A program made the translations under genes and the position numbers. Below are positions 1 through 8,319 of a DNA stretch of 32,000 bases, one piece after another. This stretch comes from Delftia acidovorans NBRC 14950 (lineage in GTDB: Bacteria > Pseudomonadota > Gammaproteobacteria > Burkholderiales > Burkholderiaceae_C). The DNA lies in contig NZ_BCZP01000013.1 in the NCBI RefSeq assembly GCF_001598795.1, positions 30,001 through 62,000 of the forward strand, read 5' to 3'. The notes under the pieces were generated by a model. That model was not told the origin of the DNA, ran no database searches, and saw only the letters and a list, made by a program, of their open reading frames with translations. Within the stretch, counting starts at the first letter, position 1, and every line of letters starts with the position of its first letter.

Positions 1-191
1 GCTACACCACGGTGGACCTGATCAGCCAGTGGAAGATCGACCCCAAGAACCGCGTGTCCCTGGGCGTGGAAAACCTGTTCAACCGCCAGTACTTCCCGCT
101 CTACAGCCAGCTGCTGCGCAGCAACAACAACACCAGCCGCCTGCCAGCGGCCGGCACGGTGCTGAAGATCAGCTACGCGCACACCTGGTGA
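1..191 (+). CDS. TonB-dependent outer-membrane receptor, C-terminal fragment (5' end lies outside the window)
   Basis: Frame 3 reads YTTVDLISQWKIDPKNRVSLGVENLFNRQYFPLYSQLLRSNNNTSRLPAAGTVLKISYAHTW followed by TGA at 189-191. The ENLFNRQY motif and the terminal aromatic residue are typical of the last barrel strands of TonB-dependent receptors. Confidence 0.8.
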   Translation, partial: YTTVDLISQWKIDPKNRVSLGVENLFNRQYFPLYSQLLRSNNNTSRLPAAGTVLKISYAHTW

Positions 192-262
192 CCCGCGGGC
201 AGGCACCGATCGCCGGGGCCTGCCAATACCCACCCGTGCAGCCCGGACGACCCCCTGGTTAA

Positions 263-281
263 AATGAGAACCAATCGCATT
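263..281. promoter_or_regulatory. Candidate Fur box upstream of the ECF sigma gene
   Basis: AATGAGAACCAATCGCATT matches 14 of 19 positions of the extended Fur consensus AATGATAATCATTATCATT (hand alignment). It sits in an AT-richer patch about 35-65 nt upstream of the sigma start, the usual layout for iron-starvation sigma genes. Confidence 0.5.
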
Positions 282-316
282 AAGTCATTGATATCAGGGG
301 ATTCATCTTTGCGGTT

Positions 317-844
317 GTGGGGGTCAGCATGTCATCCGGCGAATTCGCGCTGCACAACGAGATCCAGTCGCTCTATCGTGACCATCACCGATGGCTGCGC
401 GATTGGCTGCGCAGAAAACTGGGCTGTTCCCACCATGCCGCCGACCTGGCCCACGACACCTTCGTGCGCCTGCTCGGCCGCAAGGAGCGGGCGGACCCGG
501 TGGACCCCCGCGCCTACCTGACCACCATCGCCCACGGCCTGGTGGTGGATTTCCACCGGCGCCGGGCGCTGGAGCGGGCCTATCTGGAATCGCTGGCCGC
601 CCTGCCCGAGCCGCAGGCGCCTTCGCCCGAGGCACGGGCCATCGTACTGGAGGCCCTGGTGGCCATCGACGCCATGCTCGACGGCATGAAGCCCGCCGTG
701 CGCCAGGCCTTCATCCTCTCGCAGCTCGAAGGCCTGACCTATGCGCAGATCGCCGCCCGGCTGCAGGTGACCGTGCGCACCGTCAACAACTACATGCTCA
801 AGGCGCTGGAGCACTGCTACCTCATCGTGGCAGACGGCGCATGA
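317..844 (+). CDS. fecI: ECF sigma-70 factor, FecI/iron-starvation group
   Basis: 175-aa ORF starting at GTG 317 (alternative ATG 329). It has a sigma region 2-like segment (HHAADLAHDTFVRLL) and a region 4 HTH (LTYAQIAARLQVTVRTVNNYMLKA). The stop overlaps the next start as ATGA (841-844), the classic sigma/anti-sigma coupling. Confidence 0.9.
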   Translation: MGVSMSSGEFALHNEIQSLYRDHHRWLRDWLRRKLGCSHHAADLAHDTFVRLLGRKERADPVDPRAYLTTIAHGLVVDFHRRRALERAYLESLAALPEPQAPSPEARAIVLEALVAIDAMLDGMKPAVRQAFILSQLEGLTYAQIAARLQVTVRTVNNYMLKALEHCYLIVADGA

Positions 845-1902
845 CGGCCTTGCCCTCGAACAGCGACAGCGCCCTGGACGCGGCTGCACATTCGCCCACC
901 CCCACCACCACCCCAGCCCAGGCACAGGCCCGCATCCGCCAGGAAGCGATTGCCTGGTACGCGCGCCTGTGCTCCGGCGATGCCACCGACGCCGACCGTG
1001 CCGCCTGGCAGCGCTGGCATGAGTCCCACCCCGAGCACCAGCGCGCATGGCGGCATTTCGACGCCCTGCAGTCCATGCTGCAGCGCGTGCCGGGGCACCT
1101 GGCCGCCTCCACGCTGCAGGCCAGCCGGCGCAGCCGCCGCCGGGTGCTGCGCGGTATCGGCGCACTGGTGGGCAGCGGGGCCGTGGCGGGCCTGTCATGG
1201 CAGCTGGCCGGCGGGCAGGGCGGCGTGCGCTCCTGGCTGGCCGACTACCGCACCGGCACGGGCGAGCGCCGCACCGTCACGCTGGCCGACGGGTCCGAAC
1301 TGACGCTGAACACCCGGACCTCGGTGGACGTGTCCATGGACCCCACGCGCCGGCTGCTGGTGCTGCGCGAGGGCGAGATCCTGGTGCAGACCGCCCATTC
1401 CCTCGCCGGGCCCGGCGCGGGCGCCAAGGATGGCCGCCCGTTCATGGTGCACACGCCGCAGGGCCGCATCCTGGCGCTGGGCACGCGCTTCACCGTGCGC
1501 AGCGAGGGTGGCGAGGGCGGTGACACCTTGGTGAGCGTGCTGCAGGACGCCGTGGAAATCCAGCCCCTGCAGGACGCCAGCCGCAGCCTGCGGCTGCAGG
1601 CCGGCCAGCAGGCCAGCTTCAGCCGCAACGGCATGCTGCCCGCCCAGGCCGCCGACCCGGCCCTGGTCAGCTGGGTGGGCGGCAGCCTCATCGTGGACGG
1701 CTGGCGGCTGGACGACGTGGTGCGCGAACTCGCACGCTACCGGCCCGGCCGCCTGGCCTGTGACCCGGCCGTGGCCGGCCTGCGCGTGTCCGGCGTGTTT
1801 CCGCTGGCCGACACGGACAAGGCGCTGGCCGTCATCACCCGCGCCTTCCCGGTGCGCGCGGCTGGCCTGTCGCGCTACTGGCTGACCCTGGTGCCCGTCT
1901 AG
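841..1902 (+). CDS. fecR: FecR-like transmembrane anti-sigma factor / sensor
   Basis: Same frame as ORF-track entry 391..1902, trimmed to ATG 841, which overlaps the sigma stop. It has an N-terminal anti-sigma segment (AIAWYARL...AAWQRW), one hydrophobic span (LRGIGALVGSGAVAGLSW) and a periplasmic FecR-type domain (TLADGSELTLNTRTSVDV...VHTPQGRILALGTRFTV). Confidence 0.9.
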   Translation: MTALPSNSDSALDAAAHSPTPTTTPAQAQARIRQEAIAWYARLCSGDATDADRAAWQRWHESHPEHQRAWRHFDALQSMLQRVPGHLAASTLQASRRSRRRVLRGIGALVGSGAVAGLSWQLAGGQGGVRSWLADYRTGTGERRTVTLADGSELTLNTRTSVDVSMDPTRRLLVLREGEILVQTAHSLAGPGAGAKDGRPFMVHTPQGRILALGTRFTVRSEGGEGGDTLVSVLQDAVEIQPLQDASRSLRLQAGQQASFSRNGMLPAQAADPALVSWVGGSLIVDGWRLDDVVRELARYRPGRLACDPAVAGLRVSGVFPLADTDKALAVITRAFPVRAAGLSRYWLTLVPV

Positions 1903-2054
1903 GGCCAGCCCAGGGCGAGCCAGAGCCAGCCAGGGTCAGCCATTTCCCCATGCCGCGCAAAAAACTTCGCGGCCCATTTTCATCTTTTGCGATCTCGTTC
2001 GGCTCCCTTCATGAAAGCCCTTGTCTCACCGCTGTTCATGGCCAGGAAACCCGA

Positions 2055-4550
2055 ATGCAAACGCCCTTCACACCGACACCCGCCCGCGCGGCGCTGACCT
2101 GCCTGCTGGCTGCGGCGGTGGCATGTGCGGCCCCTGGCCACGCGGCCGAGCCCCTGGCGCAGACCCGCCAGGCCGCCAGGGCCTATGAGATCGGGGCCGG
2201 CCCGCTGGCCTCGGTGCTGGGCCAGTTTGCGGCGGCCGCAGGCGTGGCCCTGTCCTATGACCCGGCCAGCACGCGCCAGCGGCAGTCGGGCGGCCTGCGC
2301 GGCAGCTATACCGTGGGCGCGGGCTTTGCGGCCATCCTGGCGGGCTCCGGGCTGGAGGCGGTGGAAGGCGGCGCGGGTGAATTCATCGTGCGCAAGGCGG
2401 CCATGCCCGCAACGGCCGGCGCTGCAGCGGCCGACGCCACCGAGCTGCCCGCCGTGCGCGTCGTGGCCCGGGCGGTCCCTGCCCCGGTCGATGCCGACGA
2501 GCGCTACCAGCCCACGCCCGATGCCTCCAGCCTGCGCACCACGGCACCCGTGCTGGAGATCCCGCAGGTGGTCAACGTGGTGCCGGCCCAGGTGATCCGC
2601 GACCAGCGCCCGCGCAACCTGGACGAGGCGCTGGCCAATGTCAGCGGCGTCACCCAGGGCAACACCCTGGCCAGCACGCAGGACACCATCATGAAGCGCG
2701 GCTTCGGCACCAACCGCGACGGCTCCGTCATGCACAACGGCATGCCCCTGGTGCAGGGGCGCGGCATGAACGCCGCCGCCGAGAGCGTGGAAGTGATCAA
2801 GGGCCCGTCCTCGCTGCTGTACGGCCTCATGGACCCGGGCGGCGTGATCAACGTGGTCAGCAAGAAGCCGCAGCTGCGCCAGCGCACGGCGCTGTCGCTG
2901 CAGGGCTCGGGCTACGCGGGCGGGCGCAACGGCACGGGTGCCACGCTGGACACCACCGGCCCCATCGGTGAGAACGGTCTGGCCTACCGCTTGGTCGTCG
3001 ACCATGTGGACGAGGACTACTGGCGCAACTTCGGCCAGCACCGCGAGACGCTGGTGGCGCCGTCGCTGGCCTGGTATGGCGACGACACGCAGGCCGTGCT
3101 CTGGTACGAATACCGCAAGTACCTGACGCCCTTCGATCGCGGCACGGCGCTGGACCCGGTCACCCGGCGCCCGCTGGACCTTCCCGCCACGCGCCGGCTG
3201 GACGAGCCCTTCAACCAGATGACGGGCGAGACCCACCTGGCCCAGCTCTCCGTGGACCACCGCCTGGGCAGCGGCTGGGCCGCCCACCTGAACCTGAGCT
3301 ACAACCGCGAGATCTACGACGCCAACCAGCTGCGCGTGAACGGCGTGAACACCGCGCGCGGCACCCTGCAGCGCAGCAACGACGCCACGCACGGCGCACT
3401 CAGCACCGACAGCTATGGCTCGGCCTATGTGGACGGCAGCGTGCAGCTGGCCGGCCTGCGCCATGACCTGCAGTTCGGCGCCGATGCCGAGTACCGGCTG
3501 ATCTACCGCTCCGACCTGCTGCGCCAGGCCGTCACCTCCACCTTCAGCTACACCAATCCTGTCTATGGTCTGGAGCAGCCCTCGGCCACCGTCTCGGCCA
3601 GCGACAGCGACCAGAGGGACCAGCTGCACAACCAGTCGCTGTTCCTGCAGGACGCCATCCACCTGGGCGACCGCTGGGTGCTGACCACCGGCCTGCGCTA
3701 CCAGACCTGGCGCCAGACCGCCGGCCGGGGCCGCCCGTTCAAGGCCAACACCCAGGCCGACGGCACGGCCTGGCTGCCGCGCGCCGGCCTGGTCTACCAA
3801 CTGGCCAACGGCCTGTCGCTCTACGGCAACTACTCGCAATCGCTCAGGCCCACCTCCACCATCGCGCCGCTGGCCAGCGGCACCGTGATCGACTCGGGCG
3901 TGGCGCCCGAGGAGGCCCGGTCCTGGGAAGCCGGCGCCAAGCTGGACCTGCCAGGGCAGCTCACCGGCACGCTGGCGCTGTTCGACATCCGCAAGAAGAA
4001 CGTGCTGGTGTCCCAGTTCAACGACGCCACCAAGCTGACCGACTGGCGCACCTCGGGCGCGGCGCGATCGCGCGGGCTGGAGGTGGATGTGGCCGGCGAG
4101 CTGGGCCGCCACTGGAGCGCCATCGCGGCCTTTGCCTATGTGGATGCCAAGACCACGCAGGACCCGCTCTACCAGGGCAACCAGCTGTGGAACGTGGCGC
4201 GGCAGACGGCCTCGCTGTCGGCCGTGTACGACTTCGGCCAGGTCCTGGGCGGTGTGCTGGGCGGTGTGCTGGGCGATGTGCTGGTCGAGGGCCGGCTGCG
4301 CGTGGGCGGCGGCCTGCAGTACGTGGGCAGGCGGCCCGGCGACTCGGCCAACTCCTTCTGGCTGCCAGGCTACACCGTGGCCCATGCCTTTGCCACGTAT
4401 GACACGCGGATCAACGGCTACAGGACGCGCTTTCAGCTCAACGTGAAGAACCTGTTCGACCGCACCTACTACCCGTCGAGCGCCAACACCTACTTCATCT
4501 CGATGGGCGACGCGCGCCAGGTGCTGCTGCGCGCCACGGTCGAGTTCTGA
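2055..4550 (+). CDS. TonB-dependent siderophore receptor with N-terminal STN signalling domain (FecA/FpvA-type transducer)
   Basis: ATG 2055 is preceded by AGGAAA (2044-2049). The signal peptide ends ...APGHA/AEP. The STN domain reads YEIGAGPLASVLGQFAAAAGVALSYDP...LRGSYTVGAGFAAIL, the plug contains VEVIKGPSSLLYG, and the barrel ends RATVEF. Its position directly after fecI-fecR matches cell-surface signalling cassettes. Confidence 0.9.
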   Translation: MQTPFTPTPARAALTCLLAAAVACAAPGHAAEPLAQTRQAARAYEIGAGPLASVLGQFAAAAGVALSYDPASTRQRQSGGLRGSYTVGAGFAAILAGSGLEAVEGGAGEFIVRKAAMPATAGAAAADATELPAVRVVARAVPAPVDADERYQPTPDASSLRTTAPVLEIPQVVNVVPAQVIRDQRPRNLDEALANVSGVTQGNTLASTQDTIMKRGFGTNRDGSVMHNGMPLVQGRGMNAAAESVEVIKGPSSLLYGLMDPGGVINVVSKKPQLRQRTALSLQGSGYAGGRNGTGATLDTTGPIGENGLAYRLVVDHVDEDYWRNFGQHRETLVAPSLAWYGDDTQAVLWYEYRKYLTPFDRGTALDPVTRRPLDLPATRRLDEPFNQMTGETHLAQLSVDHRLGSGWAAHLNLSYNREIYDANQLRVNGVNTARGTLQRSNDATHGALSTDSYGSAYVDGSVQLAGLRHDLQFGADAEYRLIYRSDLLRQAVTSTFSYTNPVYGLEQPSATVSASDSDQRDQLHNQSLFLQDAIHLGDRWVLTTGLRYQTWRQTAGRGRPFKANTQADGTAWLPRAGLVYQLANGLSLYGNYSQSLRPTSTIAPLASGTVIDSGVAPEEARSWEAGAKLDLPGQLTGTLALFDIRKKNVLVSQFNDATKLTDWRTSGAARSRGLEVDVAGELGRHWSAIAAFAYVDAKTTQDPLYQGNQLWNVARQTASLSAVYDFGQVLGGVLGGVLGDVLVEGRLRVGGGLQYVGRRPGDSANSFWLPGYTVAHAFATYDTRINGYRTRFQLNVKNLFDRTYYPSSANTYFISMGDARQVLLRATVEF
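4242..4289 (+). repeat. In-frame 12-bp tandem repeat (about 4 units) inside the transducer gene, encoding (VLGG)n
   Basis: The units are gtcctgggcggt / gtgctgggcggt / gtgctgggcgat / gtgctggtcgag. Together they encode VLGGVLGGVLGDVLVE near the C-terminal barrel region. Confidence 0.8.
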
Positions 4551-4719
4551 GCGGGCGCCAGTCCCGCCCCCGGCCTTTCCTCTTTTGTGTCTGTCCCGGC
4601 ACGCAGCCGCATGCGATGCCACGCATCACGCATCACCTCCATGAACTTATCTCCGCCGCTTATCGCCTCGCCGAACGCCCCGCCAAACGCTTTTTTCCTC
4701 TATTGACTGGCCATTGCGC

Positions 4720-6837
4720 ATGCCTTCCTCCTTCCACACCCTCCCCCCCATTGCCGGCATACCCCGTTCCTGCCTTTGCCTTGCCCTGGCCGCCATCCCC
4801 GTGATGGCCTTCTCCCAGGCCGCCGACGCACCGTCCACGCAACTGGAAACCGTGCAGATCCAGGCCGAGAAGCAGCAGAACAACGAAGACAACTTCGTCG
4901 CCCGCAAAACCACGGGCGTGCTGCGCTCCGATGCGCCGCTGTTCGAGACCGCGCAGTCCATCAGCGTGGTGACCCAGCGCCAGATCGAGGAAAAACAGGT
5001 CAGGTCCGTGGCCGAGGCGCTGGAGAGCGTGGCCGGCGTGGCGTCCGGCTCGTACGGCCGGCGCGGTTGGGATGACTTCATCATCCGCGGCCAGATCTCC
5101 AGCGCGCAAACCTATGTGGACGGCCTGCGGGCGCAGACCTCCACCAATGTGCTGCGCTCCGAGGACATCTTCGGCATCGGCTCCATCGAAGTGGTCAAGG
5201 GCCCCACCTCGGTGGGCTTCGGCCTGGCCCTGCCGGGCGGCCTGGTCAACCTGACCACCAAGCGCCCGCAGGCCGAGTCGTTCTCGCGCGCCGGCATCAG
5301 CGTGGGCAGCTATGGATTGAAGGAAGCCAATTTCGACCTGAACTACTCGCCCGACGGAAGCCGCAAGGGCGCCTTTCGCATCGTGGGCCGCGCGTCCGAC
5401 CAGAACGATCCCACGGACTACGTCTACTTCAAGAACCAGTACCTGGCGGGCTCGTACAACTTCGACCTGGACGGCAGGAACGAGCTGTCCGTCATCGCCA
5501 GCTACCAGCACCGCAACTACATCCGCAACCAGGGCATTCCGCAGAACTACGAAAAATACGGGCGCAATGTCTTCATCGGCGAACCCGACCGCAGCTACGA
5601 GGTGGACTCCTACCGCCTGGGCGCCAACTACGCGCACTACTTCGACAACGAATGGGTGTTCCGCCAGAACTTCGCGCTCACCAAGGGCAGCAGCCTGAGC
5701 AACTCGGTCTTTGCGGCGGCCAATGCCAGGTTCCCCCTGGTCGCGCGCCAGATCAACTACCAGGACAAGCAGGACGTCAACATCGCCCTGGACAACTACC
5801 TGCAGCGCAACTTCCGATTCGACCGCGTGAACTACGAGCTGACCGCCGGCATCGACATGATGCGAGAGCGCAGCGACTACTACCAGCGCGTGGACAACAT
5901 CAACCCCTTCAACGCCGACAACCCGGTCTATGGCGTCACCTCCATCCGGCCAGGCAAGCCCTCCCACAACCTGACCTACAGCCAGTACGTGGGCCTGTAC
6001 CTGCGCAACACCATCAAGATCGATGAGAAATGGATCGTCGGCCTGAATGGCCGCCATGACTGGACGCGCGTGGAAATCCAGGACAGGCTGGCCGGCGGCT
6101 CCGTCAGCAACAGCAACACCGCCTTCACGGGCAGCGCCTCGCTGATGTACCAGGCCAGCGAGTTCCTGGCACCCTACGTCAGCTACTCCACCTCCTTCAT
6201 GCCCGTGACGGATGCCGGCATCAACGGCACGCTGCTCAATCCCGAGGAAGGCAAGCAGACCGAACTGGGCGTGAAATTCCAGGCCCTGGACCGGCGCTTG
6301 CAAGGCTATCTGGCGGTGTATGACCTGCGGCGCAAGAACGTCACCGAGAACGACGCCACGCTGGGCTACGCCGTCCAGACCGGCGAGCAGACCACCAAGG
6401 GCTTCGAAGCGGAAGTCGTCGCCTCGCTGACGCGGCAATGGAATGTCTCGGCCGCCTACAGCTACATCCCCTCGGCCCGGACCTCCCAAAGCCTGACGGC
6501 CAGCGAAATCGGCAAGCGCATCAACCATGTACCCAAGAACGCGGGCTCCGTCTTCACGCAGTACTACTTCAACCCCGACCGCCTGGGCTGGAACATGGGC
6601 GCAGGCCTGCGCATGCAAGGCGCCCGCACGGCGCAGCGCGGCACGGCCTTCGTCAACCTGGCCAAGTACACCCTGCTCGACCTGAACCTGGGCTATGAAG
6701 CGAAGTCATGGGGCCTGAGCCTGGCCATCAAGAACCTGCTGGACAAGGACTACGTCCAGGGCACCACGCCGAACGCGCAGCTGCTGAGCTTCGGCAGCCC
6801 GCGCACGCTGATGGTGAGTGCCAGGTTCAAGTACTGA
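4720..6837 (+). CDS. TonB-dependent siderophore receptor (FhuA/FhuE-like, no STN domain)
   Basis: ORF-track entry 4714..6837 starts at TTG 4714; ATG 4720 is preferred. The signal peptide is ...LALAAIPVMAFSQA. The plug region reads ETAQSISVVTQRQIEEKQVRSVAEALESVAGV ... IEVVKGPTSV, and the barrel ends VSARFKY. No N-terminal signalling extension is present. Confidence 0.9.
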   Translation: MPSSFHTLPPIAGIPRSCLCLALAAIPVMAFSQAADAPSTQLETVQIQAEKQQNNEDNFVARKTTGVLRSDAPLFETAQSISVVTQRQIEEKQVRSVAEALESVAGVASGSYGRRGWDDFIIRGQISSAQTYVDGLRAQTSTNVLRSEDIFGIGSIEVVKGPTSVGFGLALPGGLVNLTTKRPQAESFSRAGISVGSYGLKEANFDLNYSPDGSRKGAFRIVGRASDQNDPTDYVYFKNQYLAGSYNFDLDGRNELSVIASYQHRNYIRNQGIPQNYEKYGRNVFIGEPDRSYEVDSYRLGANYAHYFDNEWVFRQNFALTKGSSLSNSVFAAANARFPLVARQINYQDKQDVNIALDNYLQRNFRFDRVNYELTAGIDMMRERSDYYQRVDNINPFNADNPVYGVTSIRPGKPSHNLTYSQYVGLYLRNTIKIDEKWIVGLNGRHDWTRVEIQDRLAGGSVSNSNTAFTGSASLMYQASEFLAPYVSYSTSFMPVTDAGINGTLLNPEEGKQTELGVKFQALDRRLQGYLAVYDLRRKNVTENDATLGYAVQTGEQTTKGFEAEVVASLTRQWNVSAAYSYIPSARTSQSLTASEIGKRINHVPKNAGSVFTQYYFNPDRLGWNMGAGLRMQGARTAQRGTAFVNLAKYTLLDLNLGYEAKSWGLSLAIKNLLDKDYVQGTTPNAQLLSFGSPRTLMVSARFKY

Positions 6838-6887
6838 GGCTGGCTGGCTCCTTCAAGCATGCGAGCCTTTCAGCCAAGGTGCGCAAC

Positions 6888-6914
6888 CCGGCGCCGCCGA
6901 TAGGCGGGCGCCGG
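6888..6914. terminator. GC-rich imperfect hairpin between convergent genes (possible bidirectional terminator)
   Basis: CCGGCGCCGCC-GATA-GGCGGGCGCCGG forms about 11 bp with one bulged G. It lies between the receptor stop (6837) and the lipoprotein stop (6928). No clear U-tract follows. Confidence 0.35.
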
Positions 6915-6927
6915 CTGCGCCCCGGCT

Positions 6928-7974
6928 TCATGGCCCCTTGCGCAGCGAGATCGGCGTGCCCCAGACCGTGTCGGCCGCGCCCTGGCGGCCCAGCGTGGTG
7001 ACCTGCATGGGCACCAGGCGTGCCATCAGCTTTTCCTGCTCGGTGTTGAGATTGGCGCGCGTGGCCAGATAGTTGCGCGTGAACTCCATGGGCGGCGGCA
7101 GTGTGTGGACGGTGAAGTCTTCCAGCGGGCATTCCACCTTCTCGGCAGCCACCTTGCGGCAGCCGGCCTGGCGGAACTGGTAGCTGGGCGTCTTCAGGTG
7201 CGAACGCTGGCTCAGCACCAGTTGGCCGCCCTCCAGCGTGAAGCTGGCCAGCGCCTGCCTGGGCGGCACGCGCACCTGGACCTTGAGTGCGGGAATGTCG
7301 CGCGAATCCGTGTCCTGGTAATAGCCCGCCGCCATGCCCGGCGTGCTGTCGGTGACCATGCGCTCGCCCCAGGCCACGCAATTGCCCGAGGCGCGGTGCA
7401 CCGTGGTGCAGTACTTCTCGATCCGGCTCTGCGAGTGCGTGCTGCCCTCCTTCCAGTTCATCTCGGTATAGAACTGGCGATAGGTTTCCGGCGACAACGT
7501 GGCCGTTCCAAGGGTGCCACGGCCTGAGCCGGTGGCCCCGGCCTTGGCGCCCAGCTGGTCAAGCTGGGCATTGAGCCGGTAGTCGTCCCCCCCCGTCATC
7601 AGGTACTTGCCCGGCGGCAGCACATGGACCTCGAAGGCCTTGAACAGATAGGTGGTCTTGGGGTCGCGCTGCAGCGCGTTGTTCTGGAACTTGCGGCCAA
7701 ACACGATCTCCGGCTTGTCCTCATGGGTCCAGACCACGTTGGGAGTCCACTTCGACATGCCATCGGCGTCGGCCAGCGACTTGTGCGGCGTCAGATCGGC
7801 CACCAGCACCACGGCCATGTTGGCTTTCAAGGCTTCGCTGATCACCCACAGCGTCTTCGCCTGCTCCGCCTCCTCCTTCTCAAGCTGCCCGCTGGAAGGC
7901 GGCGCGGCACACCCTGACAATCCCAGGGCGAGCACCAGGGTCGGCAAAACGAAACATGGGCGCTGCAGTGTCAT
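6928..7974 (-). CDS. Hypothetical lipoprotein, no recognisable family
   Basis: ORF-track entry 6928..8124 is trimmed to ATG 7974, which has AAGGA 8 nt upstream. The N-terminus MTLQRPCFVLPTLVLALGLSGC carries a lipobox (LSG-C). Codon usage is GC3-rich and looks native. About 348 aa with four further Cys; I recognise no catalytic or domain motif. Confidence 0.75.
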   Translation of the reverse strand: MTLQRPCFVLPTLVLALGLSGCAAPPSSGQLEKEEAEQAKTLWVISEALKANMAVVLVADLTPHKSLADADGMSKWTPNVVWTHEDKPEIVFGRKFQNNALQRDPKTTYLFKAFEVHVLPPGKYLMTGGDDYRLNAQLDQLGAKAGATGSGRGTLGTATLSPETYRQFYTEMNWKEGSTHSQSRIEKYCTTVHRASGNCVAWGERMVTDSTPGMAAGYYQDTDSRDIPALKVQVRVPPRQALASFTLEGGQLVLSQRSHLKTPSYQFRQAGCRKVAAEKVECPLEDFTVHTLPPPMEFTRNYLATRANLNTEQEKLMARLVPMQVTTLGRQGAADTVWGTPISLRKGP

Positions 7975-8060
7975 CGTTGAAATCCTTGGGGGTTGATGCT
8001 GGAAAGGCGTCATTTTGCGGGGAGATCTCCGGCGGCCCCGCCCAGTGGCAGGCCCTCGAC

Positions 8061-8086
8061 ACGGAAAAGCCGCCCGAAGGCGGCCG
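8061..8086 (-). terminator. Intrinsic terminator after the second small ORF
   Basis: The minus strand reads GCCGCC-TTCG-GGCGGC followed by TTTTCC. This is a 6-bp GC stem with a UUCG tetraloop and a short U-tract, 40 nt downstream of the ORF B stop (8125). Confidence 0.6.
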
Positions 8087-8124
8087 GTTCCAGGGAGCAC
8101 TGCACCAGCGCTGGCTGCGATCAA

Positions 8125-8280
8125 TCAGCGTTGCTGTGGCTGGCGCAAAGGCTGCCCTTGTTGGCGGACGTTCGCCTTGCACTGCATCTGGCTGTAGTTC
8201 CTGTCCGTGATGGGTTGCCCCATCTGCATGGGAACATGGACCGGATGCTGCGGGCCTCTCGTGGGAAGAAGCTGTTTCAT
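8125..8280 (-). CDS. Candidate microprotein ORF B (51 aa), unknown function
   Basis: ATG 8280 with GAGGA 7 nt upstream. It translates to MKQLLPTRGPQHPVHVPMQMGQPITDRNYSQMQCKANVRQQGQPLRQPQQR with TGA at 8125-8127. It is below the ORF-track length cutoff. GC3 is intermediate (about three quarters by hand count). Confidence 0.4.
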   Translation of the reverse strand: MKQLLPTRGPQHPVHVPMQMGQPITDRNYSQMQCKANVRQQGQPLRQPQQR

Positions 8281-8319
8281 GGTTCCATCCTCACGTCAAA
8301 CGGAACGCCGCCCAGCCCG

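Noticed and set aside
1903-2054. FecI-dependent promoter for the transducer gene, plus GCCAG-rich low-complexity DNA right after fecR
   Set aside because: One is expected biologically. The best candidate (AAACTT-N16-TCTTT) is too weak to call as a feature. The GCCAG reiterations (1903-1945) look like simple compositional repetition.
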